From Patescibacteria group bacterium (GTDB lineage: Bacteria; Patescibacteriota; Minisyncoccia; Phycocordibacterales; PALSA-1337), in assembly GCA_024654575.1 (NCBI GenBank), contig JANLHG010000020.1, positions 121,991 through 181,649 of the forward strand: a stretch of 59,659 nt of DNA, read 5' to 3'. Numbering within the stretch: position 1 is the first letter of the stretch; each line of letters opens with the position of its first letter. Positions 20,440 to 28,799 of the stretch are shown in pieces. The position numbers were made by a program, and so were the translations under genes. The notes below the pieces were generated by a model. The model ran no database searches. It saw nothing but the letters and a program-made list of their open reading frames with translations, and was not told where the DNA came from.

Positions 20440-20575
20440 AATATATACAAATAAAAAAGGCCTTATTCTCTAAAGGTTACGTTATTTAATATTCAATTTA
20501 TATTTTTTTAAGCAATGAGGACCAATTAACCTTGTAATCCTTCGTGCTTTCACCCGTAACACAATCGCGCTGAAG

Positions 20576-20611
20576 TTATCCACAGTATACACCTACCTAT
20601 TTTCTTGTCAA
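20576..20611 (-). promoter_or_regulatory. sigma70-type rpoB promoter with adjacent DnaA-box-like site
   Basis: TTGACA-16-TATACT on the minus strand, immediately followed by TGTGGATAA (20576-20584). Confidence 0.6.
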
Positions 20612-20630
20612 ATTTTAAGGGGTTTAACCC

Positions 20631-21566
20631 CTAAATTAAAGAAACCTGGGATTTGATGACAGAGAATGGGATGAGGTCGTATGTGACTCCTTCTATATCT
20701 TTCACTGGAATAGTAATACGAATAGCTAAACCATGAGTGGTGTTATACGAAAAATCTTGGTCAAAAATAAAATTACCTAAAGAATAGAAGATTTTCTTAT
20801 TTTTATACTCTTCAACCGGTTCAACAACATGCGGGTGAGCTCCAATAACTAAATCCGCACCATTATCAATAAATTCATGAGCTTTATTTTGTTGGTCTTC
20901 AGTATAACTCACATTATATTCAACTCCCCAATGTGCAAAAACAATAAGAAAATCCGTAACAGAACGTAAACGAACAATTTCTGAGATGATTTTGTCGTAA
21001 TTTTTATAACTAAACTCGTGATAACCGACAAAACCGATTTTAATTCCATTAATATTCTTTATTATTGAAATTTCATCTGCATTTAATGGATCACCAAAAT
21101 AATCAATATCGTTTTCCAAAAGATACTTTTTTGTTTCCAACAATCCTCCATTTCCAAAATTAAGAGTGTGGTTATTCGCCAAACCAACTAATGTGATACC
21201 TTCATTTTTAATCAACGACGCTGTTGTTGTAGCGAATGTAAATTGTAATGGAGCATCTTTTTTACCTAGAGTTTTTGATGAATTTGAAGTAATTGGCCCT
21301 TCAAGGTTTGCCAAAATAATATCGCTATCTCTCAGTAATCCACGAATATTTATAAAAGGATAATCAGAACCATATTTATTCATATAATATCTCACTCCTC
21401 TATCAAACATCATATCTCCAAAAGCGAGAATAGTTACGAATTTTTCTTCAGGAGAAATTACTACTGAAGCAGTATTTGGATTTTCAATATGAATAACCGA
21501 AGGAGGCACTTTACTTAGTGCAAAAACAGCCAGTACGAGAACTAGAAATGTAATGATTTTTTCCAC
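20631..21566 (-). CDS. CapA family (PGA_cap, metallophosphatase-like) exported protein
   Basis: GDMMFDRG, ANLEGPI, LANNH, HWGVEY, GAHPHVV, YSLGNFIFDQ. Confidence 0.92.
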   Translation of the reverse strand: MEKIITFLVLVLAVFALSKVPPSVIHIENPNTASVVISPEEKFVTILAFGDMMFDRGVRYYMNKYGSDYPFINIRGLLRDSDIILANLEGPITSNSSKTLGKKDAPLQFTFATTTASLIKNEGITLVGLANNHTLNFGNGGLLETKKYLLENDIDYFGDPLNADEISIIKNINGIKIGFVGYHEFSYKNYDKIISEIVRLRSVTDFLIVFAHWGVEYNVSYTEDQQNKAHEFIDNGADLVIGAHPHVVEPVEEYKNKKIFYSLGNFIFDQDFSYNTTHGLAIRITIPVKDIEGVTYDLIPFSVIKSQVSLI

Positions 21567-22180
21567 TCTTCAATTTTAGCACGGTTACCAGAAAGCAAAA
21601 TTTTTGGTACTTTATATTTTTTATCTTTATAGACAAAAACTTCCGGACGAGTATAAACATCTTTTGAGGCAGTTCTAGATTCTTCAAGAGAATTAAAATT
21701 ACCCAAAACTCCTTCAACTTGCCGAGACATAACATCAACCATAATCATTGCTGGTAATTCCCCACCAGTCAAAACAAAAGGACCGACTGAAACCTCTTCC
21801 ATTTTGAAAACTTTTTTTACCCTAGCATCTATACCTTCATACCGTCCACAGATGATTATTATATGCTCATATTTTTTTGTAATTTTCTTTGCGTAACTGT
21901 TATCAAATTGTTTACCTGACGGACTTAACCAAATTAGTTTGTAAGATTTTGGTGGTAGTTTATTAATAGCTTTTTCTATAGCTTTGATGACAGGTAAGGC
22001 TTCAATCACCATTCCCGGTCCTCCACTATATGGTTTATCATCAACACGCCCATCTGAATAATCACGTGGGTTATAAAATTTCACCTTAATTTTTCTATCT
22101 TCAATAGCTCGTTTCAAAATAGATTCCCCTAGATAGGAATCAAAACTATTTGGAAATAGGGTTATAAGATGAAAAGTCAT
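21542..22180 (-). CDS. trmD: tRNA (m1G37) methyltransferase
   Basis: DDKPYSGGPGMV, CGRYEGID, VLTGGELPA. Confidence 0.97.
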   Translation of the reverse strand: MTFHLITLFPNSFDSYLGESILKRAIEDRKIKVKFYNPRDYSDGRVDDKPYSGGPGMVIEALPVIKAIEKAINKLPPKSYKLIWLSPSGKQFDNSYAKKITKKYEHIIIICGRYEGIDARVKKVFKMEEVSVGPFVLTGGELPAMIMVDVMSRQVEGVLGNFNSLEESRTASKDVYTRPEVFVYKDKKYKVPKILLSGNRAKIEEWKKSLHF

Positions 22181-22488
22181 TAAATCTTCAAATCCGCCAT
22201 GGCTTCGTCAACTGTTTTTATGGTTCTTTCTGGTTTTATTCCACCCTCTGGTTCGTTGATTTTTAAATTAACACGAGAATTGTTTTTCATTCCAACAACA
22301 CGAAGAAGAGTTCTGATGGCTTTTGCAGTATTACCAGAACGTCCAATTACTTTCCCCATATCAGCAGAATTAACATCAAGAGTCATTAACACACCCATTT
22401 CATCAACAGTTCTATTAATTTTTACACTATCAGGATTATCAACAAGCGCCTTTACCACATATTCCAAAAATTGCGTATCTTTTTCCAT
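22180..22488 (-). CDS. khpA: KH-domain RNA-binding protein
   Basis: DMGKVIGRSGNTAKAIR; located between rpsP and trmD. Confidence 0.92.
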   Translation of the reverse strand: MEKDTQFLEYVVKALVDNPDSVKINRTVDEMGVLMTLDVNSADMGKVIGRSGNTAKAIRTLLRVVGMKNNSRVNLKINEPEGGIKPERTIKTVDEAMADLKI

Positions 22489-22523
22489 ATTATTGTAATT
22501 ACCTTTCTATTAATTCTTTAATT

Positions 22524-22886
22524 TTACACCTTTGGTGCTTCTGGAGCAACAGCTTGCCCTGAGCTTGTCGAAGGGGTTGCTTCTACTTTTGCTTCTTCTT
22601 TTATAATTGGTCTTTTCATCGGTAAGACATTTCGCTTTTTACCAGTCAGAATTTTGTGATTAATTAAAAGATTATGAACTGTGTCAGAAGGTTGAGCTCC
22701 TTTTGAAATCCAATATTTAACTTTTTCTTCATTCAAATTATCAATGGTTTTTTTATCTTGTGGATTATATGAACCAAGTATCTCAAGAGACCTTCCACTC
22801 TTTGGACTATTTTTAGAATCAGTAAGTACAAGGCGAAATGCTGTCGCATGTTTCCTTCCTACTCTCTGTAATCGTATTTTTAACAT
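22524..22886 (-). CDS. rpsP: 30S ribosomal protein S16 (start at MLKIRL)
   Basis: MLKIRLQRVGRK, LGSYNP, GAQPSDTV. Confidence 0.97.
   Translation of the reverse strand: MLKIRLQRVGRKHATAFRLVLTDSKNSPKSGRSLEILGSYNPQDKKTIDNLNEEKVKYWISKGAQPSDTVHNLLINHKILTGKKRNVLPMKRPIIKEEAKVEATPSTSSGQAVAPEAPKV
22552..22575 (-). repeat. 24-bp REP-like element in rpsP tail (encodes PSTSSGQA)
   Basis: CCCTTCGACAAGCTCAGGGCAAGC; paralog of 4208-4231. Confidence 0.8.
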
Positions 22887-22923
22887 AGTTCGTATAGTAG
22901 CAAAAGGATAGATAAAGGTCAAT

Positions 22924-23907
22924 TTATATTACTGAATTGACTGCGGGTTTACCTTCTAAAACATCAATAATATTTTGAGCGGAAAGACGAGCCATATCAA
23001 GACGGGCTTCATCAGTCGCGGAAGCAATATGGGGAGTAAGAACAACATTAGGAAGTTCGGCAAGACCTTTTGCTAAAGTTGGTTCAAATTCGTAGACATC
23101 AAGTCCTGCACCAGCGATAATTTTATTTTGTAAAGCAGAAACAAGAGCATTCTCATCTAATACTGGCCCACGAGAAGTATTTACTAAATAAGCAGTTTTT
23201 TTCATCAAATTAAAACGAGTTTCATTCATAAGATGATGAGTGTCTTCAGTAAGTGGAACATGAATTGAAACCACATCAGCAATTTTTAGGACTTCTTCAA
23301 CTGTAGAATAAAAAGTTGCTCCAAAGCCTGCCTGCGCAGGCAGGTCTTTTTCTATTTTTTCATTTCGGACGATATCATAGTAAATAACATTCATCATAAA
23401 ACCATTTTTTGCTCGATGAGCTACATCCGCTCCGATACGACCAGTACCAATAATTCCTAAGGTTTTTCCAGCCAATTTTGTTCCATGTAAAAGCATCGGG
23501 TCCCAACCTTGATACTCTCCATTTCTCATATATTTATCCCCTTCTACAATTCTACAAGTCAGAGCGAGAATAAGTCCCCAAGTATGTTCAGCTACACGAT
23601 CAGCTCCTCCGCCGTGGGTATTAGTAAGCATCACATTCCGTTTTTTGGCATCTTCAGTATTAAAATTATTAAAACCGATAGCATAATTTGCAAAAATTTT
23701 TGCAGTGGGGCAAGCGTCCATAACTTCTCCATCAATCTGGTCAGTTAAAAGAGTCAGAACACCGTCATAAGGTTTTTTTCTTAATGCTTCTATTAATTCT
23801 TCTTTTGTAAGAGGTCTATCTTCAGAATTAATATCAACTTCAAAACCTTTATCTGTTAACATTTTTATTCCAACATCAGGAATTTGGCGAGTTATGTATA
23901 TTTTCAT
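22924..23907 (-). CDS. D-glycerate/2-hydroxyacid dehydrogenase
   Basis: GIIGTGRIG, VNTSRGPV, LDVYEFEP, TPHIASAT. Confidence 0.93.
   Translation of the reverse strand: MKIYITRQIPDVGIKMLTDKGFEVDINSEDRPLTKEELIEALRKKPYDGVLTLLTDQIDGEVMDACPTAKIFANYAIGFNNFNTEDAKKRNVMLTNTHGGGADRVAEHTWGLILALTCRIVEGDKYMRNGEYQGWDPMLLHGTKLAGKTLGIIGTGRIGADVAHRAKNGFMMNVIYYDIVRNEKIEKDLPAQAGFGATFYSTVEEVLKIADVVSIHVPLTEDTHHLMNETRFNLMKKTAYLVNTSRGPVLDENALVSALQNKIIAGAGLDVYEFEPTLAKGLAELPNVVLTPHIASATDEARLDMARLSAQNIIDVLEGKPAVNSVI
23327..23344. repeat. 18-bp perfect palindrome inserted in-frame (LPAQAG)
   Basis: CCTGCCTGCGCAGGCAGG equals its own reverse complement; removing it leaves EKDFGA in frame. Confidence 0.85.
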
Positions 23908-24770
23908 ATTATTTTATTAAATAATTTTAATCTCTCGGTGACGACTTTTTCAACCGCCAGAACGGCGTCTTTTAAGTATCTATAAGGCGCAACTTCATCG
24001 GGATTTTGCTGAAGTGAGAGTTTGAGCGCGTCGCGGTACGCGACGCGCAATTCTGTACTAATGTGAATTATGGAAACCCCAGCATCAATAGCTTTTACAA
24101 AATCTTCGTCTGGTGTTCCAGATCCGCCATGAAGAACTAAAGGTACTCCGCACGCATCTCTAATTTCTTTAATTCTTTCAATATTTAGATGTGGATCCTT
24201 AGTATTCCGCAACATTCCATGAATATTACCAACAGCGGGAGCAAATAAATCAACACCTGTTTCTTTTACAAATTGTTCCGCTTGTTCTGAAGTAGTTAAA
24301 CCTTTTTCAAGGTCAACTCCAGATGGAATTTCATCTAAAACTTTTGAAGATTGCCCAATATACCCCAATTCACCTTCAACTATAATTTCAGGATTAATTT
24401 TCCGTGCATATTCAACACATTCTTTGGTATTTTTTACATTTTCTTCACAAGAAAGTTTTGCACCATCATAAATGATAGAATCAAATCCGACATCAATAGT
24501 TTCTTTCACTTTATCTACTGAATAGGTGTGGTCAGCATTTAAAAAAATAGGATAATCAAATTCTTCACGAATACTTTTTATAAGTGCCGTACATTGTTTA
24601 ATACCGATAAATTCCCTCTCACCTTCCGAAACGCCAATAATAACGGGTAAATTTAAATTTTTAGCAGAACGAAAAATCCCCCACAACATTTCAATATTTG
24701 AAATATTAAAATGCCCAATTGCTACTTTATTATTTTCCGCATCTTTTATACATTCGCGTAAAGATTTCAT
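23904..24770 (-). CDS. fba: Fructose-bisphosphate aldolase class II (start at MKSLRE)
   Basis: NADH, VEGELG, AVGNIHG, LVLHGGSG. Confidence 0.93.
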   Translation of the reverse strand: MKSLRECIKDAENNKVAIGHFNISNIEMLWGIFRSAKNLNLPVIIGVSEGEREFIGIKQCTALIKSIREEFDYPIFLNADHTYSVDKVKETIDVGFDSIIYDGAKLSCEENVKNTKECVEYARKINPEIIVEGELGYIGQSSKVLDEIPSGVDLEKGLTTSEQAEQFVKETGVDLFAPAVGNIHGMLRNTKDPHLNIERIKEIRDACGVPLVLHGGSGTPDEDFVKAIDAGVSIIHISTELRVAYRDALKLSLQQNPDEVAPYRYLKDAVLAVEKVVTERLKLFNKII

Positions 24771-24913
24771 AATTAGATTATAACACATACGCAAGAATGT
24801 ATGTTTGGAAGAGCCTTGCACAGGCTGACGAGCCGAGCAGAGCAAATTTTCATCAGAAAATTATGCGAGCTCTAACAAATATACATTCTGTAGTAAAATG
24901 ATATAATATATTT

Positions 24914-25912
24914 ATGAATTCAAAACTTGACTTCCTCGCCATCGGCGACATTACAACAGATGCTTTTATAAAACTTCAAGAAGCAAGCGTCCATTGTGAT
25001 ATAAATAAAGAAAACTGCGAAATATGTATGCGTTTTGCTGATAAAATTCCTTATGAATCAGTTACGATTGTGCGGGCTGTTGGTAATGCTTCAAATGCTT
25101 CCGTTTCCGCTTCACGATTAGGGCTTAAAAGTGGATTAATTACGAACATAGGTAATGACCAAAACGGAAAAGAATGTTTAGATGTTTTAAAAACCGAAAA
25201 TGTTAACACAGATTTTGTTACTATTCATAAAGACATACCAACCAATTACCATTTTGTCCTTCTATACGAAGCCGAACGCACAATACTTATCAAACATGAA
25301 CCTTATGAATATAAATTACCATCAATAGAAACCCCACCAAACTGGATATATCTTTCTTCATTTAGAGGAAACGATAATTACTTGAACGAAATTGTAAATT
25401 ATCTTGAAAAAAATTCTGGAGTTAAGTTATCTTTTCAACCGGGTAAATTTGAAATTAATCTTGGCTATGAAAAACTGCAAAAAATATATGCACGAACAGA
25501 ATTGTTTTTTTGTAATAAAGAAGAAGCTCAAAAAATTCTTAATACTAAAGAAAATGATTTTAAAAAATTACTTGAAAGCGTTCACAATCTTGGCCCCAAA
25601 ATAATCTGCATAACCGATGGACCAAATGGCGTCTATGCGTTTGATGGAAATAAAAACGAATATTGGTTTCACCCTATTTATCCTGACCCCAAACCTCCAA
25701 TCAGTCGTACTGGTGCTGGTGATGCTTTTGCTTCAACTTTTACCACTGCTATTATTTTAGAAAAATCTTTTTCAGAAGCTCTTCGTTGGGCGCTCGTTAA
25801 TTCTGCTTATGTCGTTCAACAAATCGGAGCTCAAAAAGGCCTCCTTACTCGCGAGCAATTAGAAAAATATTTAGTTACTTTCTCAGTATCACCCTCTTTA
25901 CTGCCATTTTGA
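24914..25912 (+). CDS. PfkB-family carbohydrate kinase
   Basis: GNASNASVSASRLG, RTGAGDAF. Confidence 0.92.
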   Translation: MNSKLDFLAIGDITTDAFIKLQEASVHCDINKENCEICMRFADKIPYESVTIVRAVGNASNASVSASRLGLKSGLITNIGNDQNGKECLDVLKTENVNTDFVTIHKDIPTNYHFVLLYEAERTILIKHEPYEYKLPSIETPPNWIYLSSFRGNDNYLNEIVNYLEKNSGVKLSFQPGKFEINLGYEKLQKIYARTELFFCNKEEAQKILNTKENDFKKLLESVHNLGPKIICITDGPNGVYAFDGNKNEYWFHPIYPDPKPPISRTGAGDAFASTFTTAIILEKSFSEALRWALVNSAYVVQQIGAQKGLLTREQLEKYLVTFSVSPSLLPF

Positions 25913-26858
25913 TATGTGATTCACCCATACCATAATACTCTAAAAGTTCGTCGGGAGTACCTGATTGACCAAATAAATCTTTAACGCCGATAAATTCTTG
26001 AGGTACAGGATAATGTTGGGCTAAGTATTCAGAAATAGCACTTCCCATTCCACCAGCAATTTGATGTTCTTCTACGGTTACAATGGCTTTTGTTTCTTGG
26101 GCTAGTGAAAGAATTGCTTGTTCATCAAGTGGTTTAATTGTTGCTAAATTTAAAACTTTTATTTTTATTCCCTGTTCTTTGTAAAATTGTGCAACCTTTA
26201 AAGCTCTATAAACTAACGCTCCAGTGGCAATAATCCCGACATCATTTTTATTTTTTCCTTCTGCTCCATCAAAAAATACTTGAGCTTTTCCGATTTCAAA
26301 TGATGTGGCATTCGTAGTAATGATCGGAGTTTTTTCTCTAGCTAAACGAATATAAGTCGGCGAATCTGTTTTAGCTGAAGCGATAGTTGCTTTTCTAGCT
26401 TCAATTGCATCACAAGGAGAGATGACAACCATTCTAGGAATAACTCTAGTAATCGCAATGTCTTCAATAGCCTGATGAGTTCCCCCATCTGGTCCAACAG
26501 AAACACCTGCATGTGAGCCAGCAATTTTTACGGGACGGTTATTATAACAAATTGTCGTTCTTATCTGTTCCCAATTTCTACCAGGAGAAAACATCGCATA
26601 AGAAGTAATGAAAGGAATTTTACCCATTGCTGCCATCCCCGAAGCAACTGAAGCTAAATTTTGTTCGGCTACTCCCATTTCCACAAAACGATGAGAATAT
26701 TTTTTAGCAAATAAAGACATCATCGTTGAATCAGTGAGGTCAGCACAAAGTCCGACTACTCTAATATCATTATCCCCAGCAATTACTAAACCTTCACCAA
26801 AACCTTTACGGATTGGTACTTGCTCTACATCATTATTAAAAATATTTGGATTAATCAT
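25875..26858 (-). CDS. tkt: Transketolase C-terminal subunit
   Basis: GVAEQN, GPDGGTHQAIED, TVEEH. Confidence 0.93.
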   Translation of the reverse strand: MINPNIFNNDVEQVPIRKGFGEGLVIAGDNDIRVVGLCADLTDSTMMSLFAKKYSHRFVEMGVAEQNLASVASGMAAMGKIPFITSYAMFSPGRNWEQIRTTICYNNRPVKIAGSHAGVSVGPDGGTHQAIEDIAITRVIPRMVVISPCDAIEARKATIASAKTDSPTYIRLAREKTPIITTNATSFEIGKAQVFFDGAEGKNKNDVGIIATGALVYRALKVAQFYKEQGIKIKVLNLATIKPLDEQAILSLAQETKAIVTVEEHQIAGGMGSAISEYLAQHYPVPQEFIGVKDLFGQSGTPDELLEYYGMGESHIKMAVKRVILRK

Positions 26859-27694
26859 TTTAATTGTTCTTCTATTTTATTAAGGGCATTGCGAGCAGTG
26901 GTGATTTCTTCAGGAGTAGACGGTGGTTTACCATGCCATTCAAACTTTCCTTCAAACTCTGGAATACCTTTTGAAGCAATAGTATTTGCGATAATGACAC
27001 TTGGTTTATCTAAAACACTTTTTGCTTGATTTACAGCTGTGATAATTTGTTCAAAATCATGACCATCTATTTCAATAACATCAAAATTAAACGACTCCCA
27101 TTTTAATTTAAGAGGTTCAAGAGGCATAACATCTTCCGTAAATCCATCAATTTGAATTTTATTTCTATCAACAATAACAATTAAATTACCTAATTTATTT
27201 TTTCCAGCAAGCATCATTGCTTCCCAATTTTGTCCTGCATCAAGTTCCCCATCACCAGTTAAACAATAAAAAAATTTTAACCTATCTGCAATAGCCATTC
27301 CGACTGCTTGTGATAAACCAGAACCTAGAGGACCCGAACTTGTTTCCAATGCTGGTAAAAAATCACGATGAGGATGTCCTTGTAATCTTGATTTAAATTT
27401 ACGTAAAGTAAGAGTTTCTTCAACAGGAAAATATCCAGCATGTGCCATAGTTGCATAAAGTACCGGACAAATATGTCCATTTGAAAGTATTAAACGGTCA
27501 CGTTCTGCCCAATCCGGTCTTTTGGGGTCATACTTAAGTAAATGAAAGTAAAGGGCGGTAAAAATATCCGTCATATCTAGTGGACCTGCGGTGTGTCCAG
27601 ACTTAGCTTCAATGAGCATTTCAATAATCGTCTTTCTGATATCATTAGCTTTCTTTTTAAACTCATGAATTTTTTCAGGAGAAATTGGAGACAT
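26855..27694 (-). CDS. tkt: Transketolase N-terminal subunit (start at MSPIS)
   Basis: SGHTAG, LSNGHICP, LQGHP, GDGELDAG..N TPP-binding motif. Confidence 0.93.
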   Translation of the reverse strand: MSPISPEKIHEFKKKANDIRKTIIEMLIEAKSGHTAGPLDMTDIFTALYFHLLKYDPKRPDWAERDRLILSNGHICPVLYATMAHAGYFPVEETLTLRKFKSRLQGHPHRDFLPALETSSGPLGSGLSQAVGMAIADRLKFFYCLTGDGELDAGQNWEAMMLAGKNKLGNLIVIVDRNKIQIDGFTEDVMPLEPLKLKWESFNFDVIEIDGHDFEQIITAVNQAKSVLDKPSVIIANTIASKGIPEFEGKFEWHGKPPSTPEEITTARNALNKIEEQLK

Positions 27695-27701
27695 GAGATA
27701 A

Positions 27702-28340
27702 TTATAACACATCTAATTTCCTAAAAAATGCAGAACCTTCAACAAATCTAGTTGCACCAGCTTCAGTTAGTTGTGGAATATTCTCTTCACTAACTCCCCC
27801 ATCCACACTCACAATTTTATCAGGATATGTTTTCTTTATTTCTTTTATTTTTTCAATAACTCTTTCGTCAAAAGGTTCGCCTTGAAAACCAATTCTAGCG
27901 ATACCCATACACTGAATAAAATCTGCATCTTTTGCAAAGGATGCGAGTAATTCGTTTGGTGTCGTGATATTTATCGCTACACCAATTTCAACTTTACCTT
28001 TAAGAATCTCTAAAATTTTTGACCAATCCGTAATTGTTTCTACATGAATAATAATTCTAGAAGCGCCAGCATTCATAAAATCTTCAACAATTTTTTCTGG
28101 ATTTTCAGTCATTAAATCAAATTCGTAATTTAATTCTTCCCAATACGGAAGTCCTTTAGTTTCTGTTTTAATCGCTTCAAAATAAGGATCAGGAGATTTT
28201 TTATAAGGCCAACTTGAATGTTTGGTAAATTTTCCATCCATAATATCCACCTGCACAAAATCTACTAAATCTTTTACGAGAAAAGTTTTCTCTTCAAGTT
28301 CTTTAAATGTTACAGGCATTATTGCCGGAATAATTTCCAT
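27702..28340 (-). CDS. rpe: Ribulose-phosphate 3-epimerase
   Basis: QVDIMDG, IIIHVE, GFQGEPF, SVDGGV. Confidence 0.9.
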   Translation of the reverse strand: MEIIPAIMPVTFKELEEKTFLVKDLVDFVQVDIMDGKFTKHSSWPYKKSPDPYFEAIKTETKGLPYWEELNYEFDLMTENPEKIVEDFMNAGASRIIIHVETITDWSKILEILKGKVEIGVAINITTPNELLASFAKDADFIQCMGIARIGFQGEPFDERVIEKIKEIKKTYPDKIVSVDGGVSEENIPQLTEAGATRFVEGSAFFRKLDVL

Positions 28341-28341
28341 A

Positions 28342-28797
28342 TTATTTATCTATTTTTTCTATTCTACGAATATGTCTTTCTTCTTTACTAAAAGGAGTGT
28401 TGAGCCAAAATAAAACGGCACCTTTCGCTTCTTCAACAGACATAAATCTCGCACCAAGAGAAAGAATATTTGCATCATTATCATGACGAGAAGATTTTAA
28501 AATATCTTTTATTCCTCCATAATATACCGCTGTACGAATTCCTTTTACACGATTTGCTACCATAGCTTCTCCTTGTCCTGAGCCACCAATAATAATTCCA
28601 CGGCAATGCTCAAGGTCGCCCGCCACTTGGCGGGCGACTGGATAAATAAAATCTGGATAATCATCTAATTCATTTTTTTGTTCAGCTCCTTTATCAATAA
28701 TCACATAACCAATTTCAGTCAAATACTTTTTAAGTTCTTCTTTTAATTCAAACCCCGCATGATCCGCTCCAATAATAATAGTTTTTATATTCTCCAT
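28342..28797 (-). CDS. rpiB: Ribose-5-phosphate isomerase B
   Basis: GADHAGF, DYPD, GGSGQGE, HNDANIL, RRIEKI. Confidence 0.93.
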   Translation of the reverse strand: MENIKTIIIGADHAGFELKEELKKYLTEIGYVIIDKGAEQKNELDDYPDFIYPVARQVAGDLEHCRGIIIGGSGQGEAMVANRVKGIRTAVYYGGIKDILKSSRHDNDANILSLGARFMSVEEAKGAVLFWLNTPFSKEERHIRRIEKIDK

Positions 28798-28799
28798 AA

